This document shows, piece by piece, positions 52,401 to 64,000 of a DNA stretch of 64,000 nucleotides. A program made the position numbers and the translations under genes. Where the stretch lies: contig NW_026889762.1 of NCBI RefSeq assembly GCF_033153115.1, positions 3,286,001 through 3,350,000 of the forward strand. The letters run 5' to 3'. The stretch comes from Saccostrea echinata (Eukaryota). The notes beneath the pieces were generated by a model, which saw only the letters and a program-made list of their open reading frames with translations, was not told where the DNA came from and made no database searches. Each line of letters starts with the position of its first letter. Within the stretch, counting starts at the first letter, position 1.

Positions 52401-55400
52401 AACCACAGACCCCTCGCATTCTGGCATAAATATTTCTTACTTATAATGGTACTATTTTCAGTGTTTGGAAGCGATGAAAATTATATACATTTATAATTCT
52501 ATAAGACCTTTGAGAAATTAAGTTTAATTATCGTCAAATGGCTTGATCAAATAGTAAACTGGCGGATTTAGAGGGGGCAGGGGACCCGCCCCCTCTAATT
52601 GAAAGAAAAGCCAAATACCATGCTATTCCCTGCATGAATGTGATTGAAATATTTGTACAAGCCAGGACCCCCCCCCCCCCCCCCAATCAAGGCTTCGCCT
52701 AAGACCTACGGGTGGCCTCACAGATTATATTGCCATTCATTTATTTTTAAGGGAGGACAAATTGATTCCGGGGGGGGGGGGGGGGGGGGGGGGGCTGGGC
52801 TGGCAATTTTTTCCCAGCTTTATTTCCATGTCAGTGAAGGACAATTTAATTTATTTTCAAAATCTGCCAGACCCCCCCCCCCCCCCCCCCCTAAATTTCA
52901 GAATTAAATTGTAAACGCTTTTATGTTTTGACAATATAATTGAATTTTTATATGGATTTAAGCCCCCATTTACTCTCAGGTGTGTAACTACGCCTCTGTA
53001 TGTAAAATACAGTGTATACTATTCAGCCTAAATATTTCAGTGTTTCTTAGATAGCAGTTGAAAAAGTACACAGTCTTAGGCTAAATATATATTTATTTGC
53101 AAACAGTTGGGGACTATAGATGTATCAATATATATTACTAAGTTATTTATAAAATACGTACCAGTAGTCTAGAACTGCTCAAGCTCCATTTTTAAATAAC
53201 TCTCAAGATATCCACCAATCAGAAAAGGGCTTTCCCGGATTGTGACGTTCTAACATCAACTTCCGGCCTCCCTTTTCTAAATTTCTATTTTTTCCCAATT
53301 TTGAGACTAAAAATTCCCAATTAAACTGCCAAGGAACAGACTATGATGACATTGCAATTCTTTTCATATGAAACGTTGTATGAGTTATCTAAATGTTTCA
53401 CTTCCTCTTAAATCGAAAGTAGAGATCAGTAGTAATATGGCGGTACGTCTGTGGTTATGTAGATAACATAGTCATGCTAGTGTCTTTTTTTGACAACTTG
53501 AAAGCATGACAATCAGTGTTTTCCCCAGAAAATTTTTAATGCATGGGGGGAATTTTGCTGAACTGACGGCGCGCGGCGTGTCTCGTTTGAGTTACTTATA
53601 CTTTATATTTAAAATTAAAATACAAATGCATTTTTCATTTACATATAATTATATATTTTTAATTTAAATGATAAATATATTTTGAATAAATTTTCAATCT
53701 AACTTTAAAAAATTTAAACAATTGAGTTCTTTTTTGTAAAATAAATTTAATCATTAAAATTGCACCTATCTTATTTTCCTCTAAAGCCATTGTTGAATTT
53801 TTCAAATGTGTTGTGTTATTCTTTCTTTCAACAAACTGAGTATATGCCCCTAGTGACCCCCCCCCCCCTTATTAGTCCCCTACCGGTGAAACCGGAGGGG
53901 ACTATAGGTTTCCTCTGAGTCTCTCCGTCCGTCTGTCTGTCTGTCCCTCTGTCTGTCTGTCAGTCTGTCCCACTTGGTTTTCTGCACTTTTTTCCTAAAC
54001 GCTTGCAGATATTGAGCTGATTTTTTCTTGATAAGTTACAGATCAAGTTTGCATTCCGTTCCGCTTCATTGATTTTTGCCGGAATTACAGCCTTTTCAAT
54101 TTTTAGTGGTTTTCCGCAATTTTCTTCTAAATGCTTTCAGATATTGAGCTGATTTTTGGTATGTGACTTTACCTTAATTAGTTATAGATCAAGTTTGCAT
54201 TTCGTCCCGCTTCATTGATTTTTGACGGAATTGTGGCATTTTCAATTCTTAACGGGAACCAGATTACACTTGCCGGTAGGGGACTAGTATTGCTAATGCA
54301 ATACTTGTTTTAATTTACTTTATTTTTTGGATGTTCCTACTTTTAAAGTTATCTATAAACAAAAAGGGTGCACATTATGTAGCACCAATGCTTACATGTA
54401 AATATTGTAACAATATATTAATATTGGTGTCTGATTTTTTTTCAACGTAAGCTGTTGAAATGTAGGTCATTGTGAAATTGTGTATTAAAGCACGTGCGCT
54501 TGAACAAAGTACTTGCCCATAGTTCACAGAGTAAATAATCATTGATAATGTTTTGAATATGTTTTATCTAAGCATGTTTATCATGTTTATGCTAAATAAT
54601 AGCTTAAAAATTATGTGTTTAACTAAAGAATCATTTTTGATGTCGGAACATCAATACTATTTATAGAATGACCTGAGAATGTTGGAAAAACCCACATGTG
54701 CATTAACAAGTGTATTACTTTCACCGTGTGTACATCTGAGAGCAACTAATTATTTTTTCCTGGTTATAAATATATTTTTAATCAAATAATAGCTTAATAC
54801 TTAGTAGCATACCAGTAATAAACATAACTTGACAGCTATTGCATCATACCGCATACCGTGATTCACATCGAGTTCACCACAGGTGCGAAACATGTGTACA
54901 GTACACGCTAGGATTCTAGAGATTTGAATTGTTTTACTAATAACTGATAACATTTAAAGTAAATCATCTTCTTAAAAATGGTAAACCATTAATTTTCCAT
55001 GCATAGCGGGAAGCATAGCAGCAATGTGTGAAGCATGGCGGGAGATCGTGAATGCGGTACCGCCATGCAAAAACGGCCTGGGGAAAACACTGACAATGTG
55101 AGAACAGGGGCATTAATGTGTATAATGTATACAGTCAAACCAACATTGAATACTTGTTGATTATTCTTTAAACAATTCAAGTGTGGATTTAGAGGTAATG
55201 AGGTAAGAATATATGCAATTGAAAATAAATTTTGTTTGTTGACATGACAGAAAATTCCCCTTTGTTCTTTTTCGACACTATTTTTTCCAGTTGAATCTGT
55301 ACCAGACCCCTTCCCAATGGGTAGGGAAAAAAAAATCACCGATTTGGTCAAAAGTTTAGTGGAGCTGAGCTTCATTTTTGACGTCTTCTTTTCTAAAGCT

Positions 55401-57514
55401 AGAACTGAATCTGTGTCCTCAAGCTCAAAGTGATTTCTGCATGAAAACACAAAGCTGTCAATTGTGTACTTTTTGTTTTAATACAAACCTGAGAGGCAGT
55501 GTGGTATTTGTATAAAGTCACTGTCCCTGTTGACGAAGAGGCCACTATCTCATCAGATCCAATATACTGAAAAACAAAAGACGCCTCAATCACATCTCAT
55601 CCATCATGTATAATATATATAACAGGATTACATTAATGCTGGTATTGTGCCTTGTCAATTCCACAGGTGCACCCAAGGTCCAAGGATATTTTTATTTGTC
55701 TTATTTCATAAACTATTCTTCAAGCACACATTTACAATGTATTCCATTTGCAAATTCCAAAAATAACGAAGAATAGTTGTCTTAATTATTTTTTAAAAAA
55801 AATACCTGCAGTATCATAGAATACAGAAGGTTAATCACTTTAGTTTGTTTATATTGGACCCATCTCAGATATCATATCAGGCCTAAAATATCATTTACCT
55901 ACTTCATCAGACATGTCATCAAAATGTGTCATCTGATCTTGTTTCGGTAGATATTTTTGTCTTAATTGTTCTATTTAATTGTCCATACATTTCAATATAA
56001 TCCGAATATTTGTTGTTACAAGTGAAAAATACTACAAAATTTGGAAATGTGAGAGCAGATATTATGAAAGTGATAAGAAAAAACACCTAGTGGATTACTC
56101 TGGAGTTACAATTGTTATTGAAATCAAGGGAAAAGCCAGAGGTCTAAGAAAAAGTTCAGGAAAATTTCGTCAGACAGTTTGCTTATATCTATTATGGTCT
56201 GTTTTGCTGCAGATTCATCCTTTTTTGCTACAATGAATAAGGTCTTTTGCTTTTAATTAGGTTTAAAGTGAAAAAAGAAAGATCTGTTTGTTTTTTGAAA
56301 GGTGGCGAAAAAAAGGTAGGGTTACTTCGTACAATGAAAAATTACCAAAGTCAGCAATTATCAATTATGAAAATAAGAATTGATTATTCACATTTTCATT
56401 TAAGATGACCGCTAATCAAAAGTTGGCTACAATCGTAACATCACTTGCGTACATGTACTTAATCCAATGAAAGTCCACACACTTTTTAACTTTGTTGATC
56501 TTCTCTACTGAATTACAATAGTTACACAGAAGACTGGGAAGTCTCAGTATTTATACAAACTTGACATCATGTGATATAAACAAATATGAATAACAGATTT
56601 CATACGATCAGACCTAAAATTCCGGAATCATTACTGTAGGACTATCATCCTTGACAAATGTTGAAGATGATCATTTCATCACTACCTCTAGTCCTGTGAC
56701 ATCTCCGTTGTGGGTTATCTCACACTTCAGTGTAGGCTCCAGTCCCCCTCCCTCGTCATATTCCACAGAGTTCTGTGTCTGCGGCCCCAAATACCACAGA
56801 GATATTTTGTTTTCCTAAAAACATGATAAAAACACAAAACATTACAACAAATAGTTCAAATACTTTTAATATTGTGTGAAAGCGATCTTATCATTACAGA
56901 ACCTTCTTCATGTGTGTGGATTTAATGTACGGATTTAAGCCAGGTTTTCTTTTTGTATACATGTAATGTATAATGTATACAGTCAAACCAAAAATGATAT
57001 TCATCTGATTTTTTAAATTTTATTGGTCTCCTCAGACCAGTTTTCGACAATTCTGCAAACTTTTTTTTTTAAACATATTAAGCATCTTAAACTCTTCTTC
57101 TTTTGTCAATGTTTCAACTCTGTGATAAATAAGTCATTGAAAATGCTTATGAAAATTAATTACCTGCTCTTCTGAGAAGCCAAAAAATATACTTATACAA
57201 ATAATTAAAGAAATAAAATAAAAAATTGAACAATTTTACTTTCTTACCAATCAAAACCAACAAACAAATCAATATTGAACGAAATCTTTTCTGGTAATAT
57301 GTCAATTTCTCACCCGGTGTTGTGACCTAGTTTCGATTTGGACATTTCATGTTTACAGTAAATTTTATCCTAAAAATTTTTTTACCTTGTCGTCCCAGCT
57401 ACCTGTAACAAATGTGTCTGAACATTGTAACATCTGATTTTGACTCGGCTGCCATCTTATTTTGTTGATTTTTCTCGAAACAAACTTCACGAACGGTTGT
57501 ATGGTCTCCGCCAT
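49419..57514 (-). CDS. NUP43: Nucleoporin Nup43 (WD40), 381 aa
   Basis: Exons 57386-57514, 56686-56814, 55489-55566, 51467-51629, 51020-51155, 50565-50716, 50070-50201, 49419-49645 (1146 nt, phases consistent). Motifs KFVSRKINKIRW, FVTGSWDD, HNGDVTGL, TSGEDGR, TVNSSGQLK, HCVDRHP, WEVKFH, HLFTCSEDG, LLCGTDSE. Confidence 0.95.
51226..51489 (-). repeat. ~39-bp tandem array of Nup43 exon 4 end plus donor (real site and 6 copies)
   Basis: Unit gaagtcacctcaacgagtcatag|gtaagtaaaactaata on the minus strand; fills about 235 of the 311 nt of intron 4. Confidence 0.95.
52133..53280. mobile_element. Non-autonomous TIR element in Nup43 intron 3
   Basis: Perfect 29-bp inverted repeat ttagaaaagggaggccggaagttgatgtt / aacatcaacttccggcctcccttttctaa. 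Confidence 0.75.
53514..55092. mobile_element. Non-autonomous hAT-like element with 5-bp TSD
   Basis: acaat|cagtgttttccccag ... ctggggaaaacactg|acaat. Confidence 0.8.
53873..54308 (+). mobile_element. HINE/Pearl-like element nested in the hAT-like element
   Basis: Sub-terminal IR tagtcccctaccgg / ccggtaggggacta, (gtcy)n microsatellite, internal direct repeats, 3' hairpin agtattgctaatgcaatact. A close copy lies at 62476-62941. Confidence 0.85.
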
Positions 57515-58529
57515 TTTTGCTTCGTATGATTTGCACATGGCGGGACTAAAGGCGAAAGTAAATAAGAAACCCTTGACGCACGGCATATCGAAAGTCGAAA
57601 ACCAAAAAGTAAAACTTAAAGTATTAAAAAATGCGCATATATTTTAATTTTAAAAATTATATATTTGTATCAGTTTTGGCCCAAAGTTGCTGTATACATT
57701 GTACACTAATTATATTTATAGGGTTTAACCTGACCAAGTAGAAAAATAGAACCATTATTTTACCGTCTCAAAATTTTATTTTATTGTATTTTATTTATTT
57801 TATTTTATTTTATTTTTTTAAAGACTTTTTATTTACATTTTCACATAATTTCCACAGCAACACTGTTAGGAAAAAAATTTGATTATTTTTAATGTAGAAA
57901 TTTAGACCTCACTAAATATTAATTCATGATCGATCATGTTGCATTCCATTTAAAAAAAAAGTGCTGTAGATCTAAAACTAAATAAATGGAAACATACAGA
58001 GAGTTAAATAAGAATTCCCTTTTAGGTTTTTATACCATAGCATCCAATAAGAAAATTCACATTTCTTCCGTAAGATATGTTGTTATTGCACTTATTTATT
58101 TTTTTAAATACACATTTAAACTTACAATTGCATATATTTTTTTGAAAGTTTGCGTAATGAAAATAAATAAATAAAATTAAATGATTAAGTGTCCATACTT
58201 TATTTCCATGGTAACCAACGACTTCGTCAGGTTTCCCGAAAATAGGATGCAAAGGAAGTACTGTATCTCCACTCCGAACCAGGACATTTCAAGAAATGCA
58301 GGCCCGTAGCACCGGTTTCAAAAAAAAGGAGGGTTAAACTTTTCAAAAATAAATAAAATATACCTGTCCAAATCCTGGCTCTACTCAATAGCGACAAAAG
58401 TAGGGAGGAAGGGGGGCAACAAGCATCTAATGGAAAATTTACTGTAGCAAAATACTATATACTCAGGAAAAAAAGGGAGCTGGCCCCCGCGTTCTGTGTT
58501 ATTGTTTCAAAATTCAAAAATTCAGATAT

Positions 58530-58800
58530 TTTCGATTTTTTTTTATAAAGGGGCCCAAAATGTACATTAGTTATCTCTGCTAGGCCAGTAGAAAACGATC
58601 TCATGGGATTGAGGGATTTAACGGTGGGAATATTCGATTTAGGTCAAAGGCGGAGGCCCCCCATTTGATTTTTTTCAAAGGGGGCCCATAATATACATTA
58701 ACTATCTCTGCTAGACCAGTAGAAAACTATCTTATGTGACTGATTGATTTTACGGTGGCGAATATTCAATACAAGTCAAAATTGGCTTTAGCCCCCCATC
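58530..58800. repeat. ~130-bp tandem duplication
   Basis: aaagggggccca.aa..tacatta..tatctctgctag.ccagtagaaaac.atct occurs twice (~58547, ~58677). Confidence 0.75.
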
Positions 58801-59999
58801 CCCCGTTTGATTTTTTTTTACCTTATTGGCTTTTGTAAATTTGTTTAACTTGTGTATACTCTCAATTTATTCCACAGGTAACATTTCATAAACAATTTAT
58901 TTAAGATTTCAAATTATTGATTATTTCGATAAAATAAGAATTTCGCACTTCTAAAAGTTGTAATTTTTAAAAGTTAATATTTTAAATGCAACACTAATAA
59001 TTTTATTAAAGGTAGGAAAAATGAAAGTTAATACTTAATTTTCCCATAATCACCACATGGGGGTGGGGGGTGGGGGGGTGTTATCATTATTTATAGATGT
59101 AATATATAATAATTGAATCGGGGATCGATAGAATTCTATTTTAAAAGCCATTAACATCTCTAACATTTGAAAAGTTTCAAGAAGCTAAAATTTTACACTA
59201 TAGAATATTGAAAAAAGGAAATGTTTAAAATTCATTTTCAAAAGATCAGTCAACAGCTGCATACGGTGATTCATAAAAGAATTTATGTGTACAACAGGAA
59301 ACAGGGTGAATTAAATGAAATAGTATAAGTGAAGATAACAAACAGTGATCGATCTGAAAAAAATATACAAATTTGTGAGCAAGATATATAAAACACGGCC
59401 TGTTGTAAATTCCAGAGGTGGGATCAGGTGCCAAGCAGGAGTAAGCATCCCCTGTTGACCGGTCGCACCCGCCTTGGGCCCAATGTGAGGAAGAAGAACA
59501 TACAATATGTTTAAGACTTATTCTTTTTCGTCACTGGTCATCTATGAACGATGAATCACTACACAGTTACAACGACAAGAACAAGGAGTTTCGCTGAAAG
59601 AATTGTTTTTTACTTCAAGGTGTATAGATTAATAAAGGGAAGAGAAAATCTTAGGCAACTTCTCCGTTGCCTTTATATCCTTGTAGTTTAAGAATGCCTT
59701 TCTTATCAATTTTATTAGACCTTAGAATTGATCATCACATTTAAAAGCTATTCTGAACACTTCAACACAGAACATTTACACACTTTTATAAAATATTCTT
59801 AAAGATACATACATGTTAATGTGTGTGTGTGTGTGTGGGGGGGTGCATTCCCTTCTATGACTATACATACAATGTACATAGCAAGACAGTACCTTAAACA
59901 CAGGAAATGAAATATAGACGTTTGCTTTTGCAAATTATAAAGCCTTTTGTTTTGTTGGATGTTTTATGAATCTGGGCTCAACAAACAAACAAACAAAAA

Positions 60000-60037
<38 letters not shown>

Positions 60038-60390
60038 AGAATTGACCCAGAATAAGTATTTGACGGATGACCCCGTAATATTACACATAAACATAGCAAA
60101 AGATTTTAGCGACAATTTCTAGAACATGCAAATAATTTAGGAATACACCAAAACCAATGATACCGCCATTACCGGATTTAATTCTATTTCCACAAATCTC
60201 AAATAAACAAATGACACATGAAGGCAATGCTAATTCCTCGTTAATTGTATCTTCATTAATTTACACAGTCTGTCATCAAAATTCATCACACACTTGGACG
60301 TCTGGAATAACCATGAGTAAAACAAACGTAAATAAATTTAATGTTATGATTATACCCGGATATTTATTACACGAGGAGATGATAAAAATA

Positions 60391-60830
60391 AACAAGAGGC
60401 CCATGGGCCACGCCAGAGTAACTAAAGCCCTGCTTTTATTCATCCGCAGATTTTTCTCTAGATATTCCTATATAAAACCTCGAAAGTCCGATGTGGCCCC
60501 ACCTTGCTCCAAGGGTTATAATTTGAACAAACTTGAATCAACACTACCCGAGGAATCTTCCATATAAATATAACCAATCATAAATTGGCTTTTTATTAAA
60601 AGATTTGTCCTATATATTCCTATATGAAAACCTGATCGCCCATTGTAGCCTCAACCTACTTCCAGGGGTAATGATTTAAACAAACTAACTTGAATTTATA
60701 CTTCTTGAGGATGACTCGTAATTATTTAAATGGACTTTGAATTTGAATACTGTTCGTTATCTCCATATTCTATACAAATATGACATCATGGCCTTGCTGT
60801 TTTTGAGTAGAATATTTTTAAAGATTTTTC
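60391..60830 (-). mobile_element. Degenerate HINE with satellite-like monomers (related to 9570-11255)
   Basis: aacaagaggcccatgggccac terminus; atttgaacaaacttgaatc.acactacc.gagg is the reverse complement of the satellite core. Confidence 0.65.
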
Positions 60831-60974
60831 AAATGTATTCCTATAGACATTTAAGTCTTAATCAAATGTCATTATTTATTCAGGTTGTCTTATTAGAAAA
60901 AAGGTTATTGCATCCAATGATTGCAAGAAACTTGTGTTTTATTAATGTAATAGAATTATGCCGATATTCATTTT

Positions 60975-61207
60975 TTACAACCACCTTAAATGTCTTTGAT
61001 TTGGGTAATCGTAAGAATGAAAATCGTCAATCTGTGGTATTCCGATAACTCCTTCGTAAGCACTTGATTGGCTGGCACCACTCAGTCCATTAGAAGTCTC
61101 TTCATTTGCCTGATCCTCAGAACCAATTGGAATTGCTGATACATCTATACCAGGAACTGAGCCCGTGGTTTCTTGTGTGGTAGAACTTGAGAAGGTATTT
61201 GAAGGGG
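60975..61207 (-). CDS. Probable terminal coding exon of a gene extending beyond the window (Ser/Thr-rich, Tyr-motif tail)
   Basis: Good acceptor tttttgttttcag at 61208-61209, open frame APSNTFSSSTTQETT...AYEGV...SYDYP...WL*, higher GC than its flanks. Confidence 0.5.
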
Positions 61208-61754
61208 CTGAAAACAAAAACCTACAAAAATCCAAAGTATTAAAATCGCATTAAAAGAATGCATTTTTAAAATTTTTATTGAAAAAAAAATTTTTATTAC
61301 ATGTAAATACATTTATTGTTAACATGTTTAGACTAAAATACGTTCATTATTAACACTCTATTCAACATTTCCCACGATAACTCTAGTCCAATGCAACTCT
61401 GTCCAGGCCCCGTCTGATACATCTCTACTACTACTTATAATATTAAAATGTATTAGGCCCCTATATGTATACTGGACAAAAAAGTTAGGGATCATGATTT
61501 TGAATTGTTTTCCCAAAACAATTATAATAAATTTTTTACGTTATAGTTCAACCATACTTTCTTTAACATGTTATTGATAAGAAAATGCTACCTGTAGGGT
61601 CGTGCAATTCATGCCCAATTCATGCTTTACTGAATGCCGACACAGGGTGAAAAACAAAGTGATTCAGGGTATACACAAAGTTAACGAAATTGTTTATTTA
61701 AATACGTGTTCGAAGTTGTGGATATTTTTTGATGACCCTGTGACATTTCAAGCC

Positions 61755-63250
61755 ATGAGACGTCACTTAACCGGCTTTGAGGCAGCCCAAGCTATAGATA
61801 TGCTTCAATCTGGCAATACTCAGAAAACTGTTGCTGCACACTTTAATGTGTCCCAAAGTGTCATTTCACGATTATGGAATCGATTCCAACATACTGGTAC
61901 CGTTGCTGAGAGACCACGTTCTGGTCGTCCGAGGTCAACCACGGCTCGTCAGGACCGTTATCTGGTCAATATGGCAAAGCGGCAGAGGTTCCAGAGTGCT
62001 GTTAGGCTAAATACAGACTTTCAAACAGCAACACGAGTGCGAGTAACACCACAGACAGTTCGAAACAGACTCCATGAGGCTAATATCCGAGCATTCCGAC
62101 CAGCAGTCCGGCCCAAACTGACGCCAAGACACAGAACAGCCAGACTCCAATTGGCACGAAACCATGTCAATTGGCAACTGCGTCACTTCATGGACCCCTG
62201 TTCTTTTAATTAACAGATGGGTCGCGCTTTTGTGTAGATTTCCATGACGGTCGTAGACGAGTTTGGCGTATGACCGGTGAACGTTATGCAGATTGCTGTG
62301 TTGCTGAGCATGATCGTTTCGGGGGTGGTTCTGTGATCGTTTGGGGTGATATCAGTATAACCGGAAAGACTTACTTGCATGTTATCGCAGGAAATCTTCC
62401 AGGGATAAGATTACAAGATGAGATACTGCACCTAATTGTCAGGCTGTATGCAGGTGCTATCGGTGATGATTTTATTAGTCCCCTACCGGTGAAACCGGAG
62501 GGAACTATAGGTTTCCTCTGAGTCTGTCCGTCCGTCTGTCTGTCCGTCTGTCCCTCTGTCTGTCTGTCAGTCTGTCCCACTTGATTTTCCGCACTTTTTT
62601 TTTCTAAACGCTTGCAGATATTGAGGTGATTTTTGATATGTGATTGTATCTTGATTAGTTAAAGATCAAGTTTGCATTTCGTTCCGCTTCAATGATATTT
62701 GTCGGAATTACTACCTTTTCAATTTTTCAGGGTTTTCCGCATTTTTTTCTAAACGCTTGCAGATAATGAGCTGATTTTTGGCATGTGACTTTACCTTGAT
62801 GAGTCATAGGTCAAGTTTGCATTTCGTTCCGCTTCATTGATTTTTGACGGAAGCATGACATTTTCAATTTTTAACGGGAACCAGATTACACTTGCCGGTA
62901 GGGGACTAGTATTGCTAATGCAATACTCTCAGAATGCTTGTTTTAATGGACGATAATGCTAGACCTCACAGGGCTCGCATCGTAACAGACTACCTGGAAA
63001 AAGAAACCATTGAGCGAATGGACTGGCCGAGTCTTTCGCCTGATTTGAATCCCATAGAACATGCTTGGGACAAGCTACAGCAAGCCATTTCAGTGCGCCC
63101 AGTACTCCCTAGGAACCGCAAGGAGCTTTCTGCAGCAATCGGCGAGGAATGGGCTAGATTGCCGCAGATCTTCTTCCGAGACTTATCCGCAGCATGCAGA
63201 GGCGTTGTCGCGCGGTTATTCAAGCACGGGGTGGTCATACAGCATATTGA
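61755..63250 (+). pseudogene. Tc1 transposase pseudogene
   Basis: Paired-like HTH, RSGRPRSTT, DGSRF (for DESRF), GGGSVIVW, MDDNARPHR, WPSLSPDLNPIEHAW with D34E spacing. Frameshifts near 62190-62215 and ~63180, plus a 466-bp insertion. Confidence 0.92.
62476..62941 (+). mobile_element. HINE/Pearl-like element inserted in the Tc1 catalytic domain
   Basis: Same structure as 53873-54308. Removal restores GDDFILMDDNARPH with no TSD (T^T insertion). Confidence 0.9.
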
Positions 63251-64000
63251 ACACATCAAATCACTGCGCAAACGGTTACATCTGAAATTTTCATCCTTTA
63301 CCAAGGCTGTTTTTCATTCCGTTTTGGGGGTTGTGTGACAATTAATCTCAATGCACGTTAACGCTTCATTCATTTTTGATAACACAATAAAAATTGTTTG
63401 TTTACTTGTTAAAGATTTATATTATATAGTTGTAATGGAATATATTGTTATTTGTTGTAAATTAAATAATTTATAAATCATGATCCTTAACTTATTTTGT
63501 CCAGTGTACAATTAATCAATCCTACATTAAAATGTAATGCTGTTATTTTATTCACGTATTGAAGATAAGAAACAGAGATCAATGTTATAAACAATTGACA
63601 TCTAAATATTTAGAATGCATCTTTACAACAAGTTCGTTATTTCAATGCTTATTTAATTTGTATGTAAGCAAATCTTACAGAATTAAAATCCTCAAACCCA
63701 GCTTGCTAATACTTCTTTCAACAAAATTCCACCTCAGACTGAGTCGATCGGTAAGTAGGGCTTGGACGATATATCTAGATATCGATTATATCGATTTTGT
63801 GTGAGGGCGATCCGCATATCGATACATATGAAGAAATATCGAAATATCGCAAAAATTCACATGTTTTCCTTTAATTACTTAACATTTTGGGTTTAATATT
63901 TGAAATAAATATGCTAAATATAAATATGAATATGAAATACATGATAATTAACACCACTTGTGTAAAATAATTTTCTTTGACAACAGATATACAACTTTTT

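Larger units (their letters stand above)
61470..63506 (+). mobile_element. Full-length defective Tc1 (DD34E) transposon
   Basis: TIR actggacaaaa(t)aagtta.ggatcatgattt at both ends with TA TSDs; about 1.57 kb after removing the nested insertion. Confidence 0.93.

Noticed and set aside
61602-61754. N-terminal part of the 203-aa Tc1 ORF
   Set aside because: Starts at a non-ATG codon; transposase similarity begins at ATG 61755.

Overview
AT-rich eukaryotic genomic DNA, most likely an oyster (Crassostrea/Magallana-like bivalve), judged from a ~166-bp satellite resembling Cg170/HindIII and from Pearl/HINE-type elements. Five complete protein-coding genes were reconstructed by hand with consistent splice phases: (1) a 519-aa secreted, extremely Arg/Lys-rich orphan protein (+, 16830-18975); (2,3) two tandem atypical dual-specificity phosphatases of the DUSP14/18/21 type (-, 22983-23564 and 33288-35494, the second with a C-terminal hydrophobic tail); (4) a 528-aa ankyrin-repeat protein with a possible SOCS-box-like end and 8 coding exons (+, 37462-43351); (5) Nup43 with 8 exons and 381 aa (-, 49419-57514). 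There is also a probable last exon of a further gene. The rest is dense, often nested, mobile DNA: a dead Tc1 (DD34E) element, Helentron/HINE-type elements, Kolobok-, hAT-, Harbinger- and EnSpm-type non-autonomous elements, and LINE ORF1/ORF2 relics. The most striking pattern is four independent tandem arrays in two neighbouring genes whose repeat unit is an exon end plus its splice site. Each array is expanded only into the intron, producing runs of decoy donors or acceptors; wherever I traced the frame, decoy use led to a premature stop or frameshift. All coordinates and translations were worked out by eye and no database search was run.
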